Shown: in pieces, positions 42,066-50,777 of the stretch
How the letters are laid out: every line of letters starts with the position of its first letter
Position numbering within the stretch: the first letter of the stretch is position 1
Assembly (NCBI GenBank): GCA_965198115.1
Contig: OZ240241.1
Location: forward strand, 5,568,001-5,632,000
Reading direction: 5' to 3'
Source: Candidatus Latescibacterota bacterium
Lineage (GTDB): Bacteria > Latescibacterota > UBA2968
Length of the DNA: 64,000 bases
Position numbers and translations under genes: made by a program
The notes under the pieces: generated by a model
The model's database searches: none
What the model was told of the DNA's origin: nothing
The model's input: the letters and a program-made list of their open reading frames with translations, nothing else

Positions 42066-42893
42066 TCAATCCTCGTCGTTTTCCTGCGCCTCCATCGCGC
42101 CCGAGACCAGACGGTCCACGACGTCCGGGCTCAACAGGTTGAGCCAGGGCAACACACGGAGTTTCCACGGCACCACCAGCTCGCGTTTCCGTTGGGACAC
42201 GGCATCCAGAATCGCCCGGCTGCACGCTTCGAGCGAGATCGATTCTTTGCTGTGACCGCGTCGGCCCTCACCCACGGTCCCACCGTCCTTCGCGAAGGCG
42301 TTAGCCCGCAAGTGGGTACCACGCAACCAGTGTGGCATCACGGTCATCACGTGGACACCCGACCCCTTGAGCTCTTGCCGCAGCGTCGAGAGGAAGCCCA
42401 CCACGGCGTGCTTCGAGGCGACATAGCCGGAATGAAGCGGAACACCGATCTTACCCTGGATCGACGACACGGCCACGATGCTGCCCCTCGCCGTTTTCAC
42501 GTGGGGCAGCGCATAGTGGAGGGGGTAGACGACGCCGAGGTAGTTCGTCTCCATCAGCCGTGCGTAAATGGCAGGGTCCTCGACCTCGTCGAACCTCGCC
42601 CACATGCTGACCCCCGCATTGGCGATGAACAGGTCGATCCCCGACCCGTCGGCTGTCGCGACCTCGACCAGCCGCCGACAGTCGTCCAGCGACGTCACAT
42701 CGCCCACGACGACCTGCGCCTCCCCGCCCGCCTGCCTGCATCGCGCCGCCACGTCCTCCAGCTGAGCGCTCCGTCTGGCGAACAGGGTCGACTTCGCACC
42801 CTGTGCCGCCAGGGCGGCAGCCAGGGCGGCTCCCAACCCCGAAGAGGCGCCCGTGATGACGACACGCCGGGCCCTGGTCGGCTCAGTGGTCAC
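42066..42893 (-). CDS. SDR oxidoreductase, candidate acyl/alkyl-DHAP reductase (DHRS7/7B-like)
   Basis: TGASSGLG, ARR, NAGVS, SSIQG, YVASKHA; GTG overlaps the AGPS stop. Confidence 0.8.
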   Translation of the reverse strand: MTTEPTRARRVVITGASSGLGAALAAALAAQGAKSTLFARRSAQLEDVAARCRQAGGEAQVVVGDVTSLDDCRRLVEVATADGSGIDLFIANAGVSMWARFDEVEDPAIYARLMETNYLGVVYPLHYALPHVKTARGSIVAVSSIQGKIGVPLHSGYVASKHAVVGFLSTLRQELKGSGVHVMTVMPHWLRGTHLRANAFAKDGGTVGEGRRGHSKESISLEACSRAILDAVSQRKRELVVPWKLRVLPWLNLLSPDVVDRLVSGAMEAQENDED

Positions 42894-44665
42894 GACGATG
42901 GATCTTCACCAAAAGCCCCGTTTCGCGCCCCGAAGACGTTTCCCGGATCGACGGCGCGCTTGGTTTCGCGCAACATCCGCAGCCCGGCCTCCGTCTGGAC
43001 CTGCGGAAGAAACCCCTTCCGGATCTTGCCGACCCCGTGGTGATGGGACAGAGACCCTCCACGATCCATGATCGCCTGGCGTAGCGCGTGTTCGATCCGG
43101 TGATATACGTCGGCCGGGTCATCCAGGCCGCGCCCGCTGAACGCCAGAGTGAAGTAAATGCACACACCCGTGTGGTAGGTCTGGGTCACGCGATACGTCA
43201 GATACGGCCGGCCTTCCACATCGTGTGCAGCGAGCTGGCGGTCGAGCTCCTCCCGCACGCCGTCGCACACCTCGTGAATGCGATCCCACGGAACGGACGT
43301 CTCGAACGTCTCGCCCAGAATCCCGAACTGCGTCACGAAATCCCGGATATACGCGATCCCGAACGTCAGCGAATACCCACGTTTTCCGTTGCTCGCCCCC
43401 GCGCTCAACCCCCCGAACCGTTTGGCCAGACCGAAAATGACCTTCTCCTGCGTGCGTACCTCTTCGCGGGTGCCCTCCATCACGATCGTACAGCCGACCA
43501 TCTTGTCCGCGTCGAACTTCTTCACCTTGAACAGCGCGAAGTTCTGAATCTTCGACTTGAGCTTCTCTCCGCCCTCGGGCGCGGGCTTGAGCGCCTGACC
43601 CATTCGGAGTTCGAGATTGTTCACGAGCCGGATGCTGGCCGGAAGCGTCCCCGTGCGCCGAAGCGCCTTCAGGAAGTCGACGCCCTGAGCGAAGTCGGCA
43701 AACAGCAAGGCACCATACTCACGCGCCTCGGGCAACGGGTGGATCTTCATCATCGCCTTCGTGATGATCCCGTAGTTCCCTTCGCTCCCGAAGAGCAGGC
43801 TGCGCGGCTGAACACCCGTGGAATTGCGCGGCGTCACCGAACGGGTTTCCACGTCGCCACCGGGTGTCAGGAGCGTCGCCTCCAGAACGATGTCTTCGAT
43901 GTTCCCATACCGGTTCTTTTTCATGCCGCTCGCATTCGTGGAAATCCATCCTCCCAGCGTCGAAAACTCGATGCTGTCCGGATCGTGTCCGGTCGTGTAT
44001 CCCTTCTCTCCCAGGTCGAGTTCCATCTGCTTACCCGAGATGCCCGCTTCGATGCACGCCAGTTGGTTAGCTTCGTCGATCCACAGAATGCGATTCATCC
44101 GGCGCACATCCACCGAAGCGATCAATCGGGTCTCGTCCGGTGGGCAGGCCAGGGCGCCGCTCACGTTCGTCCCACCACCGAATGGAATCAGACAGACGTC
44201 GTGCTCGGACGCCAGTTCGACCACGCGTCTCACATCCTCCTCGTGAAGCGGGTAAATCACCACATCCACGACCCGGTCCAGCTTGCCGCCATTCAGCAAC
44301 CTGAAGATCTCGTCCACACTCAGCTGACCGTGGCTGTGACTCAGTCGGGCCTTCGCGTCCTGACTCACCTGATCGTCCGAAAGCGCTTCTCGCACGCCGC
44401 TGACGAACGCCTCGTTGGCCACCGGATCGGGGAGCGAGTAGTCGACTTCCTCATCAGCCAGGTGGTCTTCGGTGAACGGCACCTTCAGGACACCCTCCAC
44501 GAACGGAATCAGATAGGGCATACTGAACCCCGAGATCGGGTAGCGGTCCCCCGTCACTCGAACGCTCTGGGGTCCATCGAATTCGAACCGTGTGTCGGTA
44601 TATCCCCACTTGTGCAGATACCGCTCCCCCTCGCGAGGGTCGTAGTAGGTTTCGAGCTCCTTCAC
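42890..44665 (-). CDS. Alkyldihydroxyacetone-phosphate synthase (AGPS), FAD-dependent
   Basis: KWGY, PFGGGTNV, GHDPDSIEFSTLGGWISTNASGMKKNRYGNIED, IAYIRD, FETSVPWD, RVTQTY..GVCIYF, SHHHGVGK; GTG 44665 overlaps the upstream stop. Confidence 0.9.
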   Translation of the reverse strand: MKELETYYDPREGERYLHKWGYTDTRFEFDGPQSVRVTGDRYPISGFSMPYLIPFVEGVLKVPFTEDHLADEEVDYSLPDPVANEAFVSGVREALSDDQVSQDAKARLSHSHGQLSVDEIFRLLNGGKLDRVVDVVIYPLHEEDVRRVVELASEHDVCLIPFGGGTNVSGALACPPDETRLIASVDVRRMNRILWIDEANQLACIEAGISGKQMELDLGEKGYTTGHDPDSIEFSTLGGWISTNASGMKKNRYGNIEDIVLEATLLTPGGDVETRSVTPRNSTGVQPRSLLFGSEGNYGIITKAMMKIHPLPEAREYGALLFADFAQGVDFLKALRRTGTLPASIRLVNNLELRMGQALKPAPEGGEKLKSKIQNFALFKVKKFDADKMVGCTIVMEGTREEVRTQEKVIFGLAKRFGGLSAGASNGKRGYSLTFGIAYIRDFVTQFGILGETFETSVPWDRIHEVCDGVREELDRQLAAHDVEGRPYLTYRVTQTYHTGVCIYFTLAFSGRGLDDPADVYHRIEHALRQAIMDRGGSLSHHHGVGKIRKGFLPQVQTEAGLRMLRETKRAVDPGNVFGARNGAFGEDPSS

Positions 44666-46611
44666 GCTGGCGTCCCTCCCGATCCCGAGTCGAACAAAGT
44701 CGTGATGTGGACGGCCTGCAGCAGGGCGGCCGCTTCGGCCTGCACACGTAGCGATCGACGTCTGGGCAAAAGGGTCGTCTCTCCCACGATCGGGGGCGAA
44801 ACGTAAACCTCGACTTTGCCCGGGCTCAAATCCGTGTTGCCCATCGGGCACCGCGGCCAGAGCGCATAGATGCCTCGGTAAGCAAAGGGCACGATGATTG
44901 CGTCCTGTGGGATCAGGGCAAACATTCCGTGTTGGAGCGGAAGACTCTGCAGCCCGAAAGCCGACGTCGTGCCCATCGCGTAGATCACGCCCGGCCGCGA
45001 CCGCATGGCCGTCGTCATCTCCCGTGTCGTATGGCGACCAAGTCCGGTTCGATCGAGCATCACGTAGCCGTCTACTTCCTTCTGGTAGCGATCGAACGTC
45101 TCGGTCGACATCCCGAACATGTTGACCGACCGGCCTCCCAACCGAATCCCCGGAATCAGTCCCGTCTTCGATAAGATCGAACACGGCCGTGAATGCTCCC
45201 AACCCATCGCCGATAGCAGGGCCGGGTGTTGGAGAACGTGATAGAAAACCAGATGGTCGAGCAGATTGCGGTGGGTGGGAGAAAACAGGATGGGTACCCC
45301 GTCGGGGCCGAGGTCCAGATGCCGCGCAACGCGTTCGAATGAAGGGTCGACGGTCACATCGACGTGAATACCCAGCGTCTCGAGCGCGTCGTTGGCGTAG
45401 TCGATCCAATACGCCCACGCGCGTGCGTGACGCGTCTGAAGATCCGGATCCGCTTCCTCGGCCAGTTTCTTCTTGACCCGACCGTAGCGGAGCGACCGCC
45501 AGACCCACGCCCCCAGACGACGCTTACTCGTCCGCGATCGATCTTGATGTTTTCCGACGTGCGCGTATTCCGTGAACGCCCCCTGTGCCCGGTTCGTGAT
45601 GAGCGGGGGGACGGGAATCCTTTTCTCATCCGGCAGATACCGATCGATCAATCGGTTGACCGTCCGGGCGAGTCGCACACTGCCGTCGATCATTTCGCGC
45701 GTCAAATAGCTGTACTCCGACCCATACCAGTAGTTCTGAGGCTTGATACGGCTCGGGTCCTCCTGGTGAGCCTGGACCCACTCGATCATCACCGCCCGAG
45801 CCCGCGGAAAGGCGGTTCGGATCTTTCGAACCAGGATACGCGCCTTTCCCCGATCCTCGAGTCTGGCGAGCTGCAACTCGGCTTCCAAAAATACACGCCA
45901 GACACAGCACCCGAACCACGAGAAGTTGGTGTAGACGTTATAACGTGTCGCCACGAGGCCGCCGGCGGCCACGTAGTCCAACGTCGCACCAGCCACCTGC
46001 GTAAGGGCCTCGCGCAGCGTATGTTCCTCTCTCCCGATCCTGAATCGCAGGTCCCAGATTGGCTCTTCGACCGTGGCCACCACCGCCAGGGCTTCGGCAA
46101 CGGCCTGCGCGTGTGACAGAGGGACGTGTGTGACACCGACACCACTGAGCGCTGCCTCTCCTACGTCGGGTGAAAACAGGTCACCTTTGGCCAACGCTTC
46201 CAGGTAGAGGGACTGATACATCTCGAGCAGCGTGGCCGCCGACCCGTGCCCACCTGACTCGAACTGGTCCTTGACCTGGAGGTAGAGCTCGGACCCTACG
46301 TAGTAGGCGTCCGCGAGACGATCGAAGTTCACCTGTGCTTCGCGTAGACGTTCCTCACGGCGTCCGGGCACTCCGCTTTCGAGAGCCTGAACCAACCGAA
46401 CGCGTCGTTCGAGCTGAAGCACCGGTAGTGGGCTCCCGTCAGCAGGGGTCGCCGGCCATCGAATATCGTCGTCGTCCCACCCTTCGTAATGGCCTTCCCG
46501 CCGACCCACCTCGAGGAAGGCCTGCGCGTGTTCATCGTATGTCCGAATGAGCGCTGCAGGATCGTCGAGCAGTCGTTCGTGGAGAGGACGTGAGTCCGGA
46601 TCGGGCGACAT
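44662..46611 (-). CDS. PlsC/GPAT-superfamily acyltransferase with a large unknown N-terminal domain (candidate DHAP acyltransferase)
   Basis: PTHRNLLD (HX4D), LDR, VIYAMGTT, IIVPF in the C-terminal part. Confidence 0.7.
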   Translation of the reverse strand: MSPDPDSRPLHERLLDDPAALIRTYDEHAQAFLEVGRREGHYEGWDDDDIRWPATPADGSPLPVLQLERRVRLVQALESGVPGRREERLREAQVNFDRLADAYYVGSELYLQVKDQFESGGHGSAATLLEMYQSLYLEALAKGDLFSPDVGEAALSGVGVTHVPLSHAQAVAEALAVVATVEEPIWDLRFRIGREEHTLREALTQVAGATLDYVAAGGLVATRYNVYTNFSWFGCCVWRVFLEAELQLARLEDRGKARILVRKIRTAFPRARAVMIEWVQAHQEDPSRIKPQNYWYGSEYSYLTREMIDGSVRLARTVNRLIDRYLPDEKRIPVPPLITNRAQGAFTEYAHVGKHQDRSRTSKRRLGAWVWRSLRYGRVKKKLAEEADPDLQTRHARAWAYWIDYANDALETLGIHVDVTVDPSFERVARHLDLGPDGVPILFSPTHRNLLDHLVFYHVLQHPALLSAMGWEHSRPCSILSKTGLIPGIRLGGRSVNMFGMSTETFDRYQKEVDGYVMLDRTGLGRHTTREMTTAMRSRPGVIYAMGTTSAFGLQSLPLQHGMFALIPQDAIIVPFAYRGIYALWPRCPMGNTDLSPGKVEVYVSPPIVGETTLLPRRRSLRVQAEAAALLQAVHITTLFDSGSGGTPA

Positions 46612-46632
46612 CGATTCTTCCTCCGGACGCGA

Positions 46633-48273
46633 TCAGGACCGGGGCTCGACGGCCTCGGCTTCGGCGTTCCCATACTTCAGCACGTGACGGCGGAGTCCGG
46701 GAATGTGAATTTCCTGCACGTACTCACGCCAGTCGATCCGGCTCACGTCTGTGTTGAAGCGGTGTTTGTCATCATCCGCGAGCTGGTCGAACACACGCTG
46801 AATGTTGCCCGTTTCGAACAGACAGTTCAGCGTGATGTAAGGGCCGTAGATCTCGCTCAGTGAAACCACACGTTCGACGGTAGCCTCCAGGCGAGAGAGC
46901 TTTCGGCTCCAGCGGTTGATTCTGTGCGTGGCCGGGAGATGATCGAGCATCCATCGACCGAGTGCGAGCGGCAGCTGGTAGCGAAGCTTGAGGCCCCGGC
47001 GAAACGCGCCCTGGCTCGGAAATCGCCAGCGTTGCACCGGAATCGCCCTGCCGTCGCGGTCGATTTCCGGGTTGTCCCTGAAGTATTCGTACACGTAGTC
47101 GAACATCGTCCCCAGGTGGATTGGGTTCCGGGATCCAGTCGCGACGTGATAGATCTTCACGTCCTCCTCCTCGTGCAGGTGGGGCAAAATGGACAACGTC
47201 GCGTTGGCCACCACATCCACGGGGATCACGTCCAGTACGACGTCCGGATCAGCGGGAAAATCGGCGAGGCGCCCCTTGCTGAAGTGGGCAATAAGCGGAT
47301 CGGCAACCTTTAGACCGTCGAGCCATCCGGGCTCAGGGTCACGAAGACTACTCTCGATGATCGAGGGCCTCACGATCGCCGTCGGCACGTTTCCTCGCTC
47401 GCGTACGATCAGTTGCTCGCCCATCGCTTTCGTCATCGTGTAGCTGTCGTGCCAGCCGTGACGCCGCCCACGACGGGTCCCCTCGTCGACGAGCTGTTTC
47501 CAGATCCAGCGCTGCTTCAGGGCCTCGATCTGGTGGCCCAACCGATGCGGTGTGACTCGCTTTCCGCGGTTCTGCCGGGCGAGGATCCGTTCGAACACGA
47601 CGCGTTGCTCCGAGGACTCGGCCTCCTCACGGACCGAGCGACCGACGGCACGTATCGCCTCGATCTCTTCATTCAGGTCGTAGGTCGGAGCCCGCCCGTC
47701 GAAAAGACGTTTTGCGATCGTTTCATTCGGAGTGAAAGGTCGTTCTGGAATCTCACCGGTCATCTGGCCGTTGACGTAGGCCGTCGAAAGGTAGACGAAC
47801 ACCGCGTCGTTGCAGCTCTTTGCGAAGCTCAAGACCCTCCCCGCTCCGAGCGTGTTCTGTTCGAGCGCCAGGTCGATCGGTTCGTCGAAGACCACCGTCG
47901 CTGCGCTGCTGATGACCACATCGACCTCTCCGCGCAGCGCGTCGACGACCGACGGGTCCATCCCCAGGTTCTCGTAGGTGAGCCCCTTCCACTCGATGGC
48001 GTGCAGTTTCTCACTGACCCGACTCGAGAATTCGTCCTGCCACAGCCGGCGAAGACCGTCGAACGCACTCGATTCGATCACCTCTTTCTGGACGCGTTCC
48101 TGAACCGAAATCACGACGCCGTTCGACAGTCGCCGAGGACGGGTGGGCAGGTAGATGCGTCTCACGTCGGGCGCGTGGCGAAGGATCTGGACGATCACCC
48201 CTTTGGCCACGAAACCGGTCGTGCCGGTAACGAACAGGGTCTTGTCGAGAAGAAATTCGGTGATCTTTTGCAT
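46633..48273 (-). CDS. Fatty acyl-CoA/ACP reductase (alcohol-forming FAR; NAD_binding_4 + Sterile domain)
   Basis: TGTTGFVAK, STAYVNG, YTMTKAMGE, IVRPSII, PGWLDG, DVIPVDVVAN, IDWREY...HIPGL. Confidence 0.9.
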   Translation of the reverse strand: MQKITEFLLDKTLFVTGTTGFVAKGVIVQILRHAPDVRRIYLPTRPRRLSNGVVISVQERVQKEVIESSAFDGLRRLWQDEFSSRVSEKLHAIEWKGLTYENLGMDPSVVDALRGEVDVVISSAATVVFDEPIDLALEQNTLGAGRVLSFAKSCNDAVFVYLSTAYVNGQMTGEIPERPFTPNETIAKRLFDGRAPTYDLNEEIEAIRAVGRSVREEAESSEQRVVFERILARQNRGKRVTPHRLGHQIEALKQRWIWKQLVDEGTRRGRRHGWHDSYTMTKAMGEQLIVRERGNVPTAIVRPSIIESSLRDPEPGWLDGLKVADPLIAHFSKGRLADFPADPDVVLDVIPVDVVANATLSILPHLHEEEDVKIYHVATGSRNPIHLGTMFDYVYEYFRDNPEIDRDGRAIPVQRWRFPSQGAFRRGLKLRYQLPLALGRWMLDHLPATHRINRWSRKLSRLEATVERVVSLSEIYGPYITLNCLFETGNIQRVFDQLADDDKHRFNTDVSRIDWREYVQEIHIPGLRRHVLKYGNAEAEAVEPRS

Positions 48274-48333
48274 GGAGTCGGGAACGGAGGGGGCGGAGAC
48301 CCTTGGGAAGGGAGCCCGGAACGGAAGCGTTGA

Positions 48334-48364
48334 AAATTAAGGCACCCCACGACGGGGGTGTCAA
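48334..48364 (-). promoter_or_regulatory. Candidate promoter of the FAR-AT-AGPS-SDR operon
   Basis: TTGACA (48364-48359) with TTAATT or TAATTT at an 18/19-nt spacer; the spacer holds a dyad. Confidence 0.45.
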
Positions 48365-48411
48365 CCGATTTCTCATTTTGTCAGAGCCCAGGGCCTTTGG
48401 GGACTTTCGTA

Positions 48412-48440
48412 TTGACACAAAATAGGGCAACTTTTAACTT
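48412..48440 (+). promoter_or_regulatory. Sigma70-type promoter for ndk-yceD-rpmF
   Basis: TTGACA-17 nt-TAACTT. Confidence 0.6.
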
Positions 48441-48530
48441 CTTCATCTTCAGTCTGATACGACCACCGCCCGCTCGCACGCACCGCTCGAGCGGGCGTCT
48501 CAACTCTACCGCAGGAGGGGTGGAGATCCT

Positions 48531-48929
48531 ATGGACCGAACACTCATGATCATCAAGCCCGACGCCGTCCAGAAAAACGCGATCGGGGACATCATCAAAA
48601 GGGTCGAAGAGAAGGGTTTCGTCGTACGCGACATCAGGATGCTCACGCAAACCCCCGAACAGGCGGGTGAGTTCTACGAAGTCCATAGGGAGCGTCCGTT
48701 CTACGGCGATCTGGTCGACTTCATGACCTCGGGGCCGTGCGTGCCGATGGTCCTGGAACGCGACGACGCGGTCCCCTTCCTTCGCGAAGTGGTCGGTTCG
48801 ACCAACCCCGAAGAGGCCGCAAGCGGCACGATCAGGAAGGCGCACGGCGGCAACGTGCAGAACAACGCCGTCCACGCGTCCGACTCCCCCGAAAATGCCG
48901 CCACAGAGATCGCCTTTTATTTCGGGTAA
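48531..48929 (+). CDS. ndk: Nucleoside diphosphate kinase
   Basis: IIKPDAV, HRERPF, SGP, GTIR, NAVHASDS. Confidence 0.96.
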   Translation: MDRTLMIIKPDAVQKNAIGDIIKRVEEKGFVVRDIRMLTQTPEQAGEFYEVHRERPFYGDLVDFMTSGPCVPMVLERDDAVPFLREVVGSTNPEEAASGTIRKAHGGNVQNNAVHASDSPENAATEIAFYFG

Positions 48930-48933
48930 CCCC

Positions 48934-49452
48934 TTGAGTACGCTGATCATCGACCTTAAAGAGCTCGAAGAGGGTGAATCCACTTTCACGTGGGAGAGCA
49001 CGCCCGCAGACCTCGATCTGGCCGAGGCCGAGGTCGGGTTCGTGGGACCGATACAGACGGTCGCGCGTGTTCACAAGTTGGCCGATACGCTCTCTGCAGA
49101 GGGAGAGGCTCGGTATACGGTCGGCGCGAGTTGCGCCCGGTGTGACGAACCCATCCAGCTTCCGTTCGACACGAGCTTTCATTTCGTCTTTCAAAAAGGC
49201 AAGCCGCGGGGTGTGGAGGGCGACGAGGACGAGACCCTCATCTGGCTGGACGATGAATCGGATGAGGTCGATCTCGGAAACGAAGTTCGGGACTACGTGT
49301 TGCTCGAGATCCCCATCAACCCCGTGTGCAAGGAATACGAGTCCGGGACCTGCCCGAACCTCATCGAGGTCGAAAAAGCCGAGGCCGAAGCAAGCGATCG
49401 GGGGAAGAGCGACCCGCGCTGGGACGCCCTCAAAGCGCTCAAAAAGTCGTGA
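48934..49452 (+). CDS. yceD: YceD/DUF177 protein
   Basis: CARC, P..PVC...C, DPRWDALK; upstream of rpmF. Confidence 0.85.
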   Translation: MSTLIIDLKELEEGESTFTWESTPADLDLAEAEVGFVGPIQTVARVHKLADTLSAEGEARYTVGASCARCDEPIQLPFDTSFHFVFQKGKPRGVEGDEDETLIWLDDESDEVDLGNEVRDYVLLEIPINPVCKEYESGTCPNLIEVEKAEAEASDRGKSDPRWDALKALKKS

Positions 49453-49476
49453 GACGATCCTGACCAGGAGGACCCA

Positions 49477-49659
49477 ATGGCCCATCCGAAACGACGTAGT
49501 TCAAACTCTCGAACGGGGAAAAGACGCGCCAACTGGAAACTTCGCGCCGTCAACGCTTCGCCTTGCCCGAACTGCGGTGCCAGTCGACTCTCCCACCGAG
49601 TCTGCGGCAACTGTGGCTACTACAATGGCCGAGAGGTGACCGAAGGCGAGGGGCTGTAG
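49477..49659 (+). CDS. rpmF: 50S ribosomal protein L32
   Basis: MAHPKRRSS...CPNCG...HRVCGNCGYY. Confidence 0.96.
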   Translation: MAHPKRRSSNSRTGKRRANWKLRAVNASPCPNCGASRLSHRVCGNCGYYNGREVTEGEGL

Positions 49660-49677
49660 CAACACCCCCTTAGCGGA

Positions 49678-49702
49678 GCCTGCCCTGAGCGCAGTCGAAG
49701 GG
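49678..49702. repeat. Short REP-like repeat (CCTGAGC..GTCGAAGG class)
   Basis: GCCTGCCCTGAGCGCAGTCGAAGGG; near copy at 62946-62969. Confidence 0.6.
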
Positions 49703-49781
49703 TCTCCCCGACTCTCCCTCCAGTTTCCTTGGCTTCACACGAATTGCCTATATTCTGTCGGAATTTCTGGACAGACCCGCC

Positions 49782-50774
49782 ATGCCAAGACTACACGCCG
49801 CTATTACAGGGGTTGCGACCTACCTCCCCGAGCGCCGGCTGACCAACGCCGACCTCGAGAAGTTGGTCAAAACCTCCGATGAATGGATCCAGTCCCACGT
49901 CGGTATCCGCGAACGGCGCGTGCTCGATGAAGGACTGGGCACCTCGTTCATGGGCACAAAAGCGGTGCAGCACCTCCTCGAAGAGAAGGGCCTCGACCCC
50001 AAAGAAATCGACCTCATCGTCTGCGCGACCATCACGCCCGACATGATTTATCCTGCGACGGCGTGCCTCATCCAGGATGATATCGGAGCAGTCAACGCGT
50101 GGGGGTTCGACCTCGCTGCAGCGTGCGCCGGGTTCGTCTTCGCCCTGATCGTCGGGGCCCAGTTCATCTCGTCGGGCGCCCACAAGAAAGTCGTCGTCGT
50201 CGGTGCCGACAAAATGAGCGCCGTCGTCGACTACACCGACCGGAATACCTGTATTCTATTTGGAGATGGCGCGGGCGCTGTCCTGCTCGAGCCGGCCGAA
50301 GAGGGCTACGGCATCCAGGACTTCATCTTTCACGCCGACGGCAGCGGCCGCGACTGCTTGTGCCAGCCCGGCGGCGGCAGCCTGCATCCGGCGTCTCACG
50401 AAACCGTCGACAAAGGCATGCACTTCGTCCATCAGGAGGGACAGGCCGTCTTCAAGTTTGCCAGCAGTCAGATGGCCGAGGTTTCCGCCCGCATCCTCGA
50501 ACGCAACGGGTTGACCGGAGACGACGTGCAGCTGCTCATCCCTCACCAGGCGAACAAGCGTATCATCGCAGCCTGCGCGCGTCGCATGAAAATGCCCGCC
50601 GACAAGGTCCTCATCAACATCGACAAATACGGCAACACCACGGACGCGACCGTACCCATCGGCATCTGGGAGGCGGTCGACACGAACCGCGTCAGCCGGG
50701 GCGACTACGTCGTGCTCGCCACGGCGGGCGGCGGCTATGCCTGGGGAAGCGCCCTTCTCAAGTGGGCCTATTGA
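49782..50774 (+). CDS. fabH: 3-oxoacyl-ACP synthase III
   Basis: AACAGF, FGDGAGA, PHQAN, GNT, GGGY.WG. Confidence 0.95.
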   Translation: MPRLHAAITGVATYLPERRLTNADLEKLVKTSDEWIQSHVGIRERRVLDEGLGTSFMGTKAVQHLLEEKGLDPKEIDLIVCATITPDMIYPATACLIQDDIGAVNAWGFDLAAACAGFVFALIVGAQFISSGAHKKVVVVGADKMSAVVDYTDRNTCILFGDGAGAVLLEPAEEGYGIQDFIFHADGSGRDCLCQPGGGSLHPASHETVDKGMHFVHQEGQAVFKFASSQMAEVSARILERNGLTGDDVQLLIPHQANKRIIAACARRMKMPADKVLINIDKYGNTTDATVPIGIWEAVDTNRVSRGDYVVLATAGGGYAWGSALLKWAY

Positions 50775-50777
50775 CCC

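Noticed and set aside
42890-45508. Apparent 872-aa AGPS fusion
   Set aside because: The first 281 codons overlap the acyltransferase in another frame and are low-complexity; the GTGA-coupled start is at 44665.
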